Both the position numbers and the translations under genes were made by a program. DNA of 64,000 nucleotides from a virus (taxonomy: Duplodnaviria; Caudoviricetes), in the IMG/VR virus record IMGVR_UViG_2932385599_000003, positions 19,378 to 83,377 of that record, one strand, 5' to 3'. Positions 1 through 8,883 of the stretch are shown piece by piece. Position 1 is the stretch's first letter; the number at the start of each line of letters is the position of its first letter. Below the pieces are notes generated by a model. It did no database searches. It saw only the letters and a list, made by a program, of their open reading frames with translations, and was not told where the DNA came from.

Positions 1-2
1 GC

Positions 3-428
3 CACCTCGACACGGTCGCCGCCCTCCTCACCCAGCACGGCTGGGCCGCCCCCCACACCACCCCCAGCGCGAGCAGCAGCATCGACATCCCCGACGACGA
101 GTCGATGACCGTCAAGGACATGCTCCGCACCCTCCTCCGCTTCGCCCGCCACCTCACCGAACCGGGCGACCCGCGCCTCACCTTCACCGACGCGATGTGC
201 AAGGCCACGGCCACCAGCGACTGCGACACCCGCGACGTCGCCGGGAGGGTCCTCAACGCCATCCTCCGCGCCCGCACCGGCGCCAGGTTCCCCCACTGCC
301 ACGCCTGGGCCAGCCGGGCCGACCGCACCTGGGACGACATCACGGGCCTCCTCGCCACCGGCGCCCACCTCGCCCGCCAGCACGGCCCCACCACCACCGA
401 CGCCCCCGCCCCCCACCTCGCCGCCTGA
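3..428 (+). CDS. Hypothetical protein, 5'-truncated by the window edge (DUF6197-like)
   Basis: Frame is open from base 3 (HLDTVAALLTQHGWA...). Resembles 54516..54950. Ends PHLAA. Confidence 0.65.
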   Translation, partial: HLDTVAALLTQHGWAAPHTTPSASSSIDIPDDESMTVKDMLRTLLRFARHLTEPGDPRLTFTDAMCKATATSDCDTRDVAGRVLNAILRARTGARFPHCHAWASRADRTWDDITGLLATGAHLARQHGPTTTDAPAPHLAA

Positions 429-446
429 CCGCAGGAAGGACCCGCC

Positions 447-914
447 GTGAGCCTGCCCGACCAGCACCCGACCGCCCCCGTCGGGCAGCCCACCCCGACC
501 ACCACCCCGCACCCGTACACCCCCTACACCCCGACCCACCACGACGGCCCGCTCGTCTACATCCCCCACCCCACCCACCCCAACCTGTCCACCCCCGTCC
601 CCCGCGAGGCCGTCCCCATGACCACCCCCACCCCGGCCCGCGACCTCACCCCCCAGCCCCTCCTCGACCCCACCGCCCAACGCATGCTCGCCGCCGGCCT
701 CGGCGCCGGCACCGCCGCCGCCGGAATCGGCTGGGGCGCCGCCCAACTCGTCTCCGCTCTCGCAGCCGGAGCCACCGGCCTCGTCGTCCTCGCGCTCCTC
801 CTCCTCGCCACCCACCTCACCCGCCCCCGCACCACGCACATCGAGCAGCACGTCACCAACCACGTCCGCGGCTTCGCCCGCGCCACCACCCACATCGAAA
901 GGACACCCCGATGA
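447..914 (+). CDS. SpdD-like small membrane spread protein
   Basis: GAAGGA RBS, Pro-rich N-terminus, two hydrophobic helices, next to the tra genes. Confidence 0.6.
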   Translation: MSLPDQHPTAPVGQPTPTTTPHPYTPYTPTHHDGPLVYIPHPTHPNLSTPVPREAVPMTTPTPARDLTPQPLLDPTAQRMLAAGLGAGTAAAGIGWGAAQLVSALAAGATGLVVLALLLLATHLTRPRTTHIEQHVTNHVRGFARATTHIERTPR

Positions 915-1165
915 CCTGCTGGTTCTGCGGCGCCGACAACCCGCCCGGCGCCAACCGGTGCGGCTTCTGCAACCACCGCGCCGACGACGGCCCCAACGCC
1001 CTGGCCCCGCTCTACGGGCCCGACGACCACGACGCCCTCAACCACACGATGCAGCTCCTCGGCGACGACCTCGCCCTCGACCACACCCTCACCGGCGACT
1101 GGCACACCGCCCTCCGCCAGGCCGCCGCCAAGTGGGCCAACGAGGGCACCACCCTCGCCGCCTGA
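911..1165 (+). CDS. Small zinc-ribbon protein
   Basis: ATGA overlap; CWFC...CGFC; ends TLAA. Confidence 0.65.
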   Translation: MTCWFCGADNPPGANRCGFCNHRADDGPNALAPLYGPDDHDALNHTMQLLGDDLALDHTLTGDWHTALRQAAAKWANEGTTLAA

Positions 1166-1206
1166 CACCCACCACCCGACACCCACACGAAAGGCCACCC
1201 ACCACC

Positions 1207-1422
1207 ATGACCACCCACACCAAGCAGCCCACCCACCACTGGATCATCACCCTCGAGGTCCCCGGCCGCGCCTCCATCAGCCGCGACGGCACCTGCACCC
1301 TCCGCCCCGGCGACACCCGCGCCAGCGTCCTGCAGGCCATCCGCAACACGATCACCGAGGAGCACCCCGTCTTCCGCTCCGCGAACGTCCTCTTCTTCTC
1401 CATCGCCCCCAACCAGCTCTGA
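1207..1422 (+). CDS. Hypothetical protein
   Basis: AAAGG RBS, typical codon use (MTTHTKQPTHHWIITLEV...). Confidence 0.6.
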   Translation: MTTHTKQPTHHWIITLEVPGRASISRDGTCTLRPGDTRASVLQAIRNTITEEHPVFRSANVLFFSIAPNQL

Positions 1423-1463
1423 CCCCCACCCGCACCACCCGCCCCCCTGAAAGGACCGTCATC

Positions 1464-2792
1464 GTGACCACCGCCCCGGCCGGCACCCAGCCGCCCCACA
1501 CCCCCGCCTCCGGGGAGGAGCAGCCCCACACCGCCGGGGCCACCCCCCACACCCACCACGACGACCGGCCCAACCCCCTCTACGACCCGCTCGTCACCCC
1601 CGCCCACGACGTCAAGACGTGGATCATCCGCGGCGTCCTCATCCTCGTCATGGCCGCCGCCCTCGGCGTCGGCACCTGGTCCATCTACACCCTCCTCACC
1701 GAGGTCTTCGGCACCCCCCGCCCCATCGCCATCCTCGGCTGCGGACTCTTCGACGTCGCCGGCATCTTCTTCGCCCTCCTCGCCCAGTCCTACGCCACCA
1801 CCACCGACTCCGGCCTCGCCCCCCGCCTCGCCATGCTCGCCATGGTCACCACCTCCAGCTGGGTCAACTGGAAGCACGCCCACATGGAGAACTGGGGCAC
1901 CGTCGGCGGGATCATCTTCGCCGCCGCCCCCGCCATCGCCGAGCTCGCCTTCGAGATGTGGCACCGCTACGAGCACCGCGAGACACTCCGCCGCCTCGGC
2001 CGCGTCGCCGACTCCCTCCCCGTCCTCGGCAAGTGGGCATGGATCGCCCACCCCATTCGCTCCCGCAAGGCCCTCGACGCCCACATCAAGGCCGCCCTCA
2101 CCGAGCAGGAAGCCGTCGCCGCCTTCCGCGAGAAGGTCGCCGGAGCGCGCGCGGCCGCCATCGTCGGTGGCGCCCCCACCACCCCCCGTAGCGCCGACGC
2201 CACACCGCTCCGCCACGACGCCACGACCAAGCCCTCCATCACCCTGGAGCGGATTCCGCTTCCCGCCACGGAGCGCCCCCAGAGCGCCAGCACCGCCACG
2301 CCCCCCACCCGCCGTAGCGCCTCCGCCGTGGCGCCCGCTCTCGTAGCGCCCGTAGCGGACGCCACGGAACCCGCCACGCCCCCGGCCCCCGCCCGTGGCG
2401 CCACCACCGCCCAGAGCGCCACGGCCCCCCGCCACGCCACCGCCCCCGACGCCACGACAACCGCCACACCCCCGGCCGGCCCCCGCCGCAGCACCCCCGC
2501 CACAAGCGACGCCACCATGGCGCCGCCCGCCAAGACCACCACCCAGCCCAACCGCACCAGCGGCACCACCATCGGCCGGCCCGCCGCCGAACTCGCCATC
2601 CGCGCCCTGTACGACACCCTCGGCCGCCGCCCCCTGGAGTCCGAGATGGTCGCCGAGCTCAAGCGGATCGGCAGCCCCTCCCAGTCCCGCCAGTTCGCCA
2701 ACAAGCTCCGCCGCGAACTGGAGGAGAAGGACCCGGCGCTCGCCGCCCGCGGAGCGGACAACGTCCGCCCCCTCACCGGCACCGACGGATGA
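1464..2792 (+). CDS. DUF2637-like/Spd-type multi-pass membrane spread protein with C-terminal helical domain
   Basis: About four TM helices, long Ala/Pro/Thr linker, upstream of traA/traB-like genes. Confidence 0.7.
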   Translation: MTTAPAGTQPPHTPASGEEQPHTAGATPHTHHDDRPNPLYDPLVTPAHDVKTWIIRGVLILVMAAALGVGTWSIYTLLTEVFGTPRPIAILGCGLFDVAGIFFALLAQSYATTTDSGLAPRLAMLAMVTTSSWVNWKHAHMENWGTVGGIIFAAAPAIAELAFEMWHRYEHRETLRRLGRVADSLPVLGKWAWIAHPIRSRKALDAHIKAALTEQEAVAAFREKVAGARAAAIVGGAPTTPRSADATPLRHDATTKPSITLERIPLPATERPQSASTATPPTRRSASAVAPALVAPVADATEPATPPAPARGATTAQSATAPRHATAPDATTTATPPAGPRRSTPATSDATMAPPAKTTTQPNRTSGTTIGRPAAELAIRALYDTLGRRPLESEMVAELKRIGSPSQSRQFANKLRRELEEKDPALAARGADNVRPLTGTDG

Positions 2793-2847
2793 CCCCAGCC
2801 CGGACCGCGGCCGGGCCCGCCCACCCCACCGGGCCGGCCCGGAAGTC

Positions 2848-2953
2848 CGACTCCGACTCCGACCGCGACTCCGACCCACCGCCCCGAACCCCCCTCCCAG
2901 CAGGCACAACCCCCCGCCCCGTCCGGTCGCAGTCGCGGTCGGAGTCGCAGTCG
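2848..2953. repeat. 29-bp inverted repeat built from tandem hexamers (CGACTC/CGACCG/CGACTG)
   Basis: 2848-2876 matches the reverse complement of 2925-2953 at 27 of 29 positions. Confidence 0.85.
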
Positions 2954-2983
2954 TACTGACCACGCCACCACCAGGAGGACCCC

Positions 2984-4573
2984 GTGGCCCGCACCGCACC
3001 CCCCGCGGCACCGCCCGCCGCGACCACCGACCCCACCCCGCCCACCGCGTACGCGGCGCCCGCGCCCGTCCCGGCTACCGCCGCATGGCCCTCCCCGCCA
3101 CTGCCCCCCACCTTCGACCCCGCGCCCGCCACCCCACACGCCGACACCAGCACCACCCCGACCAAGGCCCGCCGTCCCGCCCGCGGCGGCCTCCCCGTCG
3201 GCCCCGCCCTCGCCACCGCCGGGAACGCCACCGCCCTCACCCTCACCACCGCCCTGCACTACGCCGGCCCCATCGGCGCCGCCACGACCGGCGCCATCAT
3301 GGCGGCCGGGATCGCCGCCACCACGCTCCGGCAGCACGCCACCGCCCGACGCGCCCAGGCCACCCGCTCCGCCCGCACCGGCGCCACCAACGGCGCCACA
3401 CCCACCGGCCGTGGCGGGTACCGAGGCGCCACGAAAGGCGCCACGCCACGAGCCGGGAACGCCACCACGGCGGGCAGTGGAGCGCCACGCCGTGGCGCCA
3501 CGGGGCGTGGGACGCTACGCCACGGCGCCACACCTTCCGTTTCGGGAAAGCGTGGCGCCACGAACCAGCGCCACGGCGCCACCGGCTGGACGCTCCGCCC
3601 CAACGGGAAGACCAGCCGCCACGCCCCCGCCGCCGGGACCGTGGCGCCCGGCGCCACGAAGGCGCCCCGCCCCGCCACGCCCCGCCCCGGCGCGACCACG
3701 CCTCATGGCGCCCCCCACGGTCTTCGCAACAGCAACCGTTCTGCGGTGGCGGGTCATGGGCGCCACGGCACCATCAAGGCCGCCCTCGGGCGCGCCACCC
3801 GCGCCGCCGCCACCGGCACCCGCGCCACCGGCCGACTCGCAGCCCGCGGCGGCGCCCTGGCCGCCCGAGGCGCCACCACCGCGTGGAAAGCCACCGCCCT
3901 CCTCCGCGCGGCCGCCGCCCGGCAACTCGCCCTCGCCGCCACCACCACCGCCCGCCACGCCCGCCGCGCCCCCGCCGGCCTCCTCCACGCCGCCCTCGCC
4001 ACCACCGCCGGCCTCCTCACCGCCCTGTGGAAGCGCAGCCCCAGCGCCGGATACCGACGCCTCATCGACGTGTGGAAGCGCCTCCGCGCCCGCAGCGCAG
4101 CCAAAGCCAAGACCCACACCCCCGACACCCCCGGCACCGTCGCCCCACCCGTCGCCGACTCCGTGCGACAGCCCACCCACCCCACCCCCACCACACACAC
4201 CGGAGGAACCCACATGACCGGCGGCCACCACTTCCTCGCCCCCGCCATGGAGATGCACCGCCTCGCCACCACCTACGAGCCCACCGGCATGCTCCAGGTC
4301 GGCGCCGACTTCGCCACCCTCCCCGAGGCCCTGCAGCTCCACGCCGACGCCATGAAGGTCACCCTCGAGAAGGCCGACGCCTACTGGCCCGTCGACCCCG
4401 CCATCGTCGACCTCCTCGGCCAGATCCACGCCCTGCAACTGCGCGCCGCCGAGATGGCCCGCGAACTCACCCCCGCCTTCGAGCAGCTCCACGACGTCGA
4501 CCTCACCCGCCTGCACAACCCCCGCAAGAGCGCCCAGGCCGAAGCCATGTGGGACGTCTCCCGCAACCTGTAA
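2984..4573 (+). CDS. TraA-like transfer accessory protein; in-frame internal start at 4214
   Basis: AGGAGG RBS, TM segment, basic linker, helical C-terminal domain with its own GGAGG RBS; directly upstream of traB. Confidence 0.65.
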   Translation: MARTAPPAAPPAATTDPTPPTAYAAPAPVPATAAWPSPPLPPTFDPAPATPHADTSTTPTKARRPARGGLPVGPALATAGNATALTLTTALHYAGPIGAATTGAIMAAGIAATTLRQHATARRAQATRSARTGATNGATPTGRGGYRGATKGATPRAGNATTAGSGAPRRGATGRGTLRHGATPSVSGKRGATNQRHGATGWTLRPNGKTSRHAPAAGTVAPGATKAPRPATPRPGATTPHGAPHGLRNSNRSAVAGHGRHGTIKAALGRATRAAATGTRATGRLAARGGALAARGATTAWKATALLRAAAARQLALAATTTARHARRAPAGLLHAALATTAGLLTALWKRSPSAGYRRLIDVWKRLRARSAAKAKTHTPDTPGTVAPPVADSVRQPTHPTPTTHTGGTHMTGGHHFLAPAMEMHRLATTYEPTGMLQVGADFATLPEALQLHADAMKVTLEKADAYWPVDPAIVDLLGQIHALQLRAAEMARELTPAFEQLHDVDLTRLHNPRKSAQAEAMWDVSRNL

Positions 4574-4582
4574 CCCCCTGCC

Positions 4583-4611
4583 CGGCGGCGCCCCACCACG
4601 GGGCGCCGCCG
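4583..4611 (+). terminator. GC-rich hairpin between traA-like and traB
   Basis: CGGCGGCGCCCC...GGGGCGCCGCCG. Confidence 0.5.
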
Positions 4612-4656
4612 CCCCCCCCAGCCCACCTCCCAACCGCCAGAAAGGCACCCCAACCC

Positions 4657-7074
4657 GTGAAGCTCGCCCTCGACTGGGACCGCGGCCACGGCCCCGTCAC
4701 CGGCCCGATCAACGCCGCCGCCGCCACCCTCACCACCAGCTGGGCCGGACACCTCCTCGACACCCCCTGGCCCACCGCCGCCGCCATCGCCGGAGCCGGC
4801 CTCATCGGCTCCCACATCGCCGGCCGCCTCCGCCACGTCACGACCACCACCCTCCACATGCGCGCCGCCGCCTGGCTCGGCATCGGCGGCTGGTCGTCCT
4901 GGGCCATCGCCCACGGCCCCTGGAGCACCTGGTCCATCGGCACCCTCCTCGGCGGCGCCATCGGCCTCGGCGCCGCCATCAACGCCGCCCACCACGCCGA
5001 AGCCCAGGCCCCCGCCAAAGCCGCCGCAGCCGAAACCGCCGCCCGCGAGGAGCAGCGCGCCGCCCAGCGCGGCGTCCTCGCCGCCGAATGGAGCGAGCGC
5101 ATCGCCCGCGTCTGCGCCATCCCCGGCGTCCAGATCGTCGGCATCGAGCACTGGCAGCAGGGCGGCTACACCCTCGACGCCGAACTCCCTCCCGGCGGCG
5201 CCTCCTGGAAGGACCTCGCCCGCCGCACCGACGCCTTCGCCGCCGACGCCAAGCTCCCCGAAGGCTGCGGCGTCGAGATCGGCCCCGGCACGCACCGCGG
5301 CGCCGCGATCCTCCGCATCGCCACCGAGAACCACCTCCAGGCCGACGTCGACTACCCCGCCGACTACACCCCCCTCACCGTCAACCAGCCCGTACCCCTC
5401 GGCGTCCGCCGCGACGGCACCGTCTACGGCCCCGTCAACCGGCAGGCATCCATGCTCCTCGTCGGACAGCGCGGCTCCGGCAAGACCAACCTCATGCACG
5501 TCATGGTCGCCAACCAGTGCCGCATGACCGACTCCATCACCTGGATCATCGACCTCAACGGCGGCGGCCTCGCCCTGAAGTGGCTGCGCGCCTGGGCCGC
5601 CGCCGGCCGCCCCGGACGCCCCCCGGTCGACTGGGTCGCCGACACCCCCGAGAAGGCCCTCGCCATGGCCGAAGCCCTCGTCCGCATCGCCAAGGCCCGC
5701 AAGGTCGGCTACCAGGACCGCGAGATCGCCGCCGACGACGACAAGCTCCCCGTCGACCACGAGGTCCCCGAGATCCGCGTCTTCAACGACGAAGGCGCCG
5801 AGATCTTCTCCTCCCGCAACCGCACGGACGAGGTCCTCAAGGCCGTCGCCGGCGCACTCGTCCAGACCATCGAGATCGCCCGCGCCGCCGCCGTCAACAT
5901 CACCACGTCCGGGCTGCGCGGCACCCAGGACGTCATCGCCGACCCGCAGGTCCTCAAGCAGTCCACCTTCAAGGCCGCCATGAAGGTCGCCGACGACTCC
6001 GAGCTGAACTACTTCTTCGGCTACAACCACGGCGCCAGCGCCGAGGACGCCCCCTACCCGGGCTGCGCGCTCGTCCGCGACGGCGGCGGCCCCGCCCACC
6101 CCCTGAAGATCTACCGCATCAAGCCGTCCCAGATCGCCGACATCGCCACCACCACCGCCGACCGCCGCCCGGTCCTCGACGCCCTCTCCCGCCGCGCCGC
6201 CGGAGAGGCGTACGAGCGGCGCTGGGACAACACCGACCACCTCTTCGGCAACGGCCAGCCCCCCGCCCCGGCCGCCGCCCTCACCAGCCCGCCCGCAACC
6301 ACCACGCCCGCCACGCCGCCGACCACACGCACCACCGGCATCACCGCGAACTGGGGCAAGGTCCGCCCCGAAGGCGTCAAGGACGAGCTCGCCGCCGCCG
6401 ACGAAGCCGTCCAGCGCCTCCACGACCGGCTGCGCAACGCCCGCCGCACCGAGGATGCCGACCTCGACGCCCAGTTCATGGGCATCGTCAAGGGCGGCGG
6501 CCTCACCTGGCAGCCCCCCAAGGACCCCGCCACCGACAACCCCGCCCCCACCCGCGACGCCCGCTACGAGACCATCTACCGCATCGTCGACGGCGCCGGC
6601 CCCGACGGCATCGGCCGCGCCGCGATCCGAGACGCCTTCACCCAGCTCCAGCCCGACACCCCTGCCCCGAACCCCGACGTCATCGGCCGCTGGCTCGACG
6701 ACGACGAGCGGATCTACAAGCCGAAGTACGGCCGGTACGCCGTCCGACCCGAGCCCGCCGACGAGCCCGCCAGCACCACGGAGGAGAACACCTCCACCAG
6801 CCCCACCGCGGGCCTCCCCCGACCGGCCGCCGCGCCCGCCGTCGAGATGGGCCTGCTGCGCGACGCAGCCGAGCTGATCATCACCACCCAGTTCGCCTCC
6901 CGCCCCATGCTCCAGCGCAAACTCCGCATCACCTGGGACACCACCGCCACCCTCATGACCCACCTTGAGCAGCACCACATCGTCGGCCCCGACCAGGGCG
7001 ACCACGAACCCCGGCAGGTCCTGGCCGCCCCCGACCAGCTCCAGACCATCCTCGCCAAGCTGACCGGAGAGTAG
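4657..7074 (+). CDS. traB: TraB-like FtsK/SpoIIIE conjugative DNA translocase
   Basis: GTG after AGAAAGG; N-terminal TM helices; Walker A GQRGSGKT; Walker B VFNDE; winged-helix-like segment and C-terminal FtsK-gamma-like domain. Confidence 0.88.
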   Translation: MKLALDWDRGHGPVTGPINAAAATLTTSWAGHLLDTPWPTAAAIAGAGLIGSHIAGRLRHVTTTTLHMRAAAWLGIGGWSSWAIAHGPWSTWSIGTLLGGAIGLGAAINAAHHAEAQAPAKAAAAETAAREEQRAAQRGVLAAEWSERIARVCAIPGVQIVGIEHWQQGGYTLDAELPPGGASWKDLARRTDAFAADAKLPEGCGVEIGPGTHRGAAILRIATENHLQADVDYPADYTPLTVNQPVPLGVRRDGTVYGPVNRQASMLLVGQRGSGKTNLMHVMVANQCRMTDSITWIIDLNGGGLALKWLRAWAAAGRPGRPPVDWVADTPEKALAMAEALVRIAKARKVGYQDREIAADDDKLPVDHEVPEIRVFNDEGAEIFSSRNRTDEVLKAVAGALVQTIEIARAAAVNITTSGLRGTQDVIADPQVLKQSTFKAAMKVADDSELNYFFGYNHGASAEDAPYPGCALVRDGGGPAHPLKIYRIKPSQIADIATTTADRRPVLDALSRRAAGEAYERRWDNTDHLFGNGQPPAPAAALTSPPATTTPATPPTTRTTGITANWGKVRPEGVKDELAAADEAVQRLHDRLRNARRTEDADLDAQFMGIVKGGGLTWQPPKDPATDNPAPTRDARYETIYRIVDGAGPDGIGRAAIRDAFTQLQPDTPAPNPDVIGRWLDDDERIYKPKYGRYAVRPEPADEPASTTEENTSTSPTAGLPRPAAAPAVEMGLLRDAAELIITTQFASRPMLQRKLRITWDTTATLMTHLEQHHIVGPDQGDHEPRQVLAAPDQLQTILAKLTGE

Positions 7075-7369
7075 GCGCCCTGGTGCCCCTACCACCGCCC
7101 CTGGGGTACACCGCCCGCCCACCCGGCGGGCGGTCCCTCACCGTCATCCCCGACCCCCACACCACCGAGCACACCAGCCCACTGCGCCGGGCCCTGCGCG
7201 CCGCCGGCCTCCCGTCGCTGCCGCCCGACGAGGACACGGCCCGGACCCGGACCGGGGGATAGCAGCCCGGACAACCAGCCGCCCATACGCCACCATCGAA
7301 GCAGCGCGGATCGGGCCGGGATCCCAGCGTCCCCGCGCCCAGGCCCAGCCCGATCCGTACAACCCCGTA

Positions 7370-7403
7370 GGCCCCGCTCCCACACCCCCCGTGGAGCGGG
7401 GCC
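7370..7403. terminator. Hairpin between convergent traB and lipoprotein genes
   Basis: GGCCCCGCTCC...GGAGCGGGGCC. Confidence 0.6.
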
Positions 7404-7418
7404 CACGCACATCCCCGC

Positions 7419-8192
7419 CTACCTGACGGGCTTCCACACCGCGCAGTTCGTCGACGTGAACTGCCCGTCCGACGCCCGGATCGTCACCGTGATCTCCTGC
7501 GCCGACGTCGCGAACTGGTTGTCGATGATCTCCCCGTCCTTCGCCGTCCGCTCCCAGTAGCAATCCTTCACCCGGCCCCTCGCCCGGTACGTGCCCGGCG
7601 GGATCGTCTCCTCTACCTCCCCCTGGCCGTCCGGCAGCGCATCCACCCCGCCCGTGACGAAGTCGTCCGGGTCCGGCGCGCCGGTCGGGCTCGGCGACAC
7701 CTTCGGCTGGTCGGCCGCAACCACGTACGTGCCATCGGTGAACCACCGCTCGTACTTCCCCGACACCGCCTGCTTCACCGCGGCCGTCCACTTCGGGCAC
7801 AGCTTCGGCACCCCCGCCTGCAGCACCGCCGCCCCGTCACCGTCCAGATAGCCGCCCTCCGCGAGCCACTGCGGCCGCGAGGCCCCCTCCACCGCGCTCA
7901 CCGGCAACGAGTCACACATGTCCTGCACGAACGCGGACGCACTGGCATACAGATCGTCGACCACCCAGCCCCGCTCATCGGCGAGCTTGTCGATCTCCCC
8001 CTCAGCCGTCGGCGGATACTCCGGCCCCGTCGACGGCGCCTCCACCGGCCCGTCCGGCACCTCCACGCTCTCCGGCGGGCTCGCCGACTCACTCGGCGCC
8101 GCCCCGGCTCCGCCGCCCCCACCGCACCCCGCCACCAACACAGCCACGACCATGCCGGCCGCCCACGCCCCCACCCTGCGCACACGATTCAT
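7419..8192 (-). CDS. Lipoprotein
   Basis: Signal peptide with lipobox LVAG-C; C-terminal PGTY...CYWER...NC domain typical of actinobacterial lipoproteins. Confidence 0.8.
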   Translation of the reverse strand: MNRVRRVGAWAAGMVVAVLVAGCGGGGGAGAAPSESASPPESVEVPDGPVEAPSTGPEYPPTAEGEIDKLADERGWVVDDLYASASAFVQDMCDSLPVSAVEGASRPQWLAEGGYLDGDGAAVLQAGVPKLCPKWTAAVKQAVSGKYERWFTDGTYVVAADQPKVSPSPTGAPDPDDFVTGGVDALPDGQGEVEETIPPGTYRARGRVKDCYWERTAKDGEIIDNQFATSAQEITVTIRASDGQFTSTNCAVWKPVR

Positions 8193-8257
8193 CCGTGCAG
8201 GATCGCACCGCCACCGCCCAGGGGAATCCGAAACCGTTGAATCGGGGATCATCAAAG

Positions 8258-8272
8258 CAGGCGCGGGGCCTG
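8258..8272 (+). promoter_or_regulatory. Late-gene leader motif CAGGCGCGGGGCCTG, copy 1
   Basis: Identical 15-mer at 11078 and 13063. Confidence 0.7.
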
Positions 8273-8298
8273 ACCACACGAGCGGGAGCCCCACCGCC

Positions 8299-8883
8299 AT
8301 GCCAGCCTCCAAGGCCAAGCAAGCCGAGACCGCCGAACGCCGCGCCGCCCTCATCCGCCTCCGCCGCGCCGGCGTGCCCTTCGACGACGACCGCATCCTC
8401 AACCTCGGCTACGCCAGCCGCGGCGCCGCCTCCAAGGACCTCATCCGCGCCCTGGAAGAACGCCGCGACGAGCAGGACGCCGAAGCGTCCGTGTACCGGC
8501 AGCAGGAGAACGAACGCCTCGACGCCCTCCTCGAAGCCGTCTGGCCCAAGGCCACCCAACCCGGCCCCGTCTACGGCAAGGACGGCGAGTACATCGGCGA
8601 GGAGATCGACCTCAAGGCCGTCGACACCGTCCTCAAGCTCATGGACCGCCGCGCCAAGCTCCTCGGCCTCGACATGCCCATCAAGACCGAGCTGGCCGGC
8701 CCCGGCGGCGGCGCGCTGCGCCTGAGCGCCGTCAGCCTCGCCGAGCTCAACGACCTCATCAACACCGCCGGCGACCCCGGCGCCCCGGACGGCACCAGCG
8801 ACGACGACAGCGACCTGTACGACCCGAACGACGACCCAGACGACGACCAGGCCGAGCCCGAGGACGAGGCCGATGGGGACTGA
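8299..8883 (+). CDS. terS: Terminase small subunit
   Basis: Overlaps terL start; helical/HTH N-terminus; RRAKLLGLD motif. Confidence 0.75.
   Translation: MPASKAKQAETAERRAALIRLRRAGVPFDDDRILNLGYASRGAASKDLIRALEERRDEQDAEASVYRQQENERLDALLEAVWPKATQPGPVYGKDGEYIGEEIDLKAVDTVLKLMDRRAKLLGLDMPIKTELAGPGGGALRLSAVSLAELNDLINTAGDPGAPDGTSDDDSDLYDPNDDPDDDQAEPEDEADGD

Noticed and set aside
2395-4656. N-terminal 754 aa of the 1559-aa ORF
   Set aside because: Pro/Arg-rich shadow frame overlapping real genes; TraB starts at GTG 4657 with its own RBS.
7230-7275. GACCCGGA-like sequence after traB as a clt locus
   Set aside because: Only one clear copy plus GC-rich look-alikes, not a repeat series.
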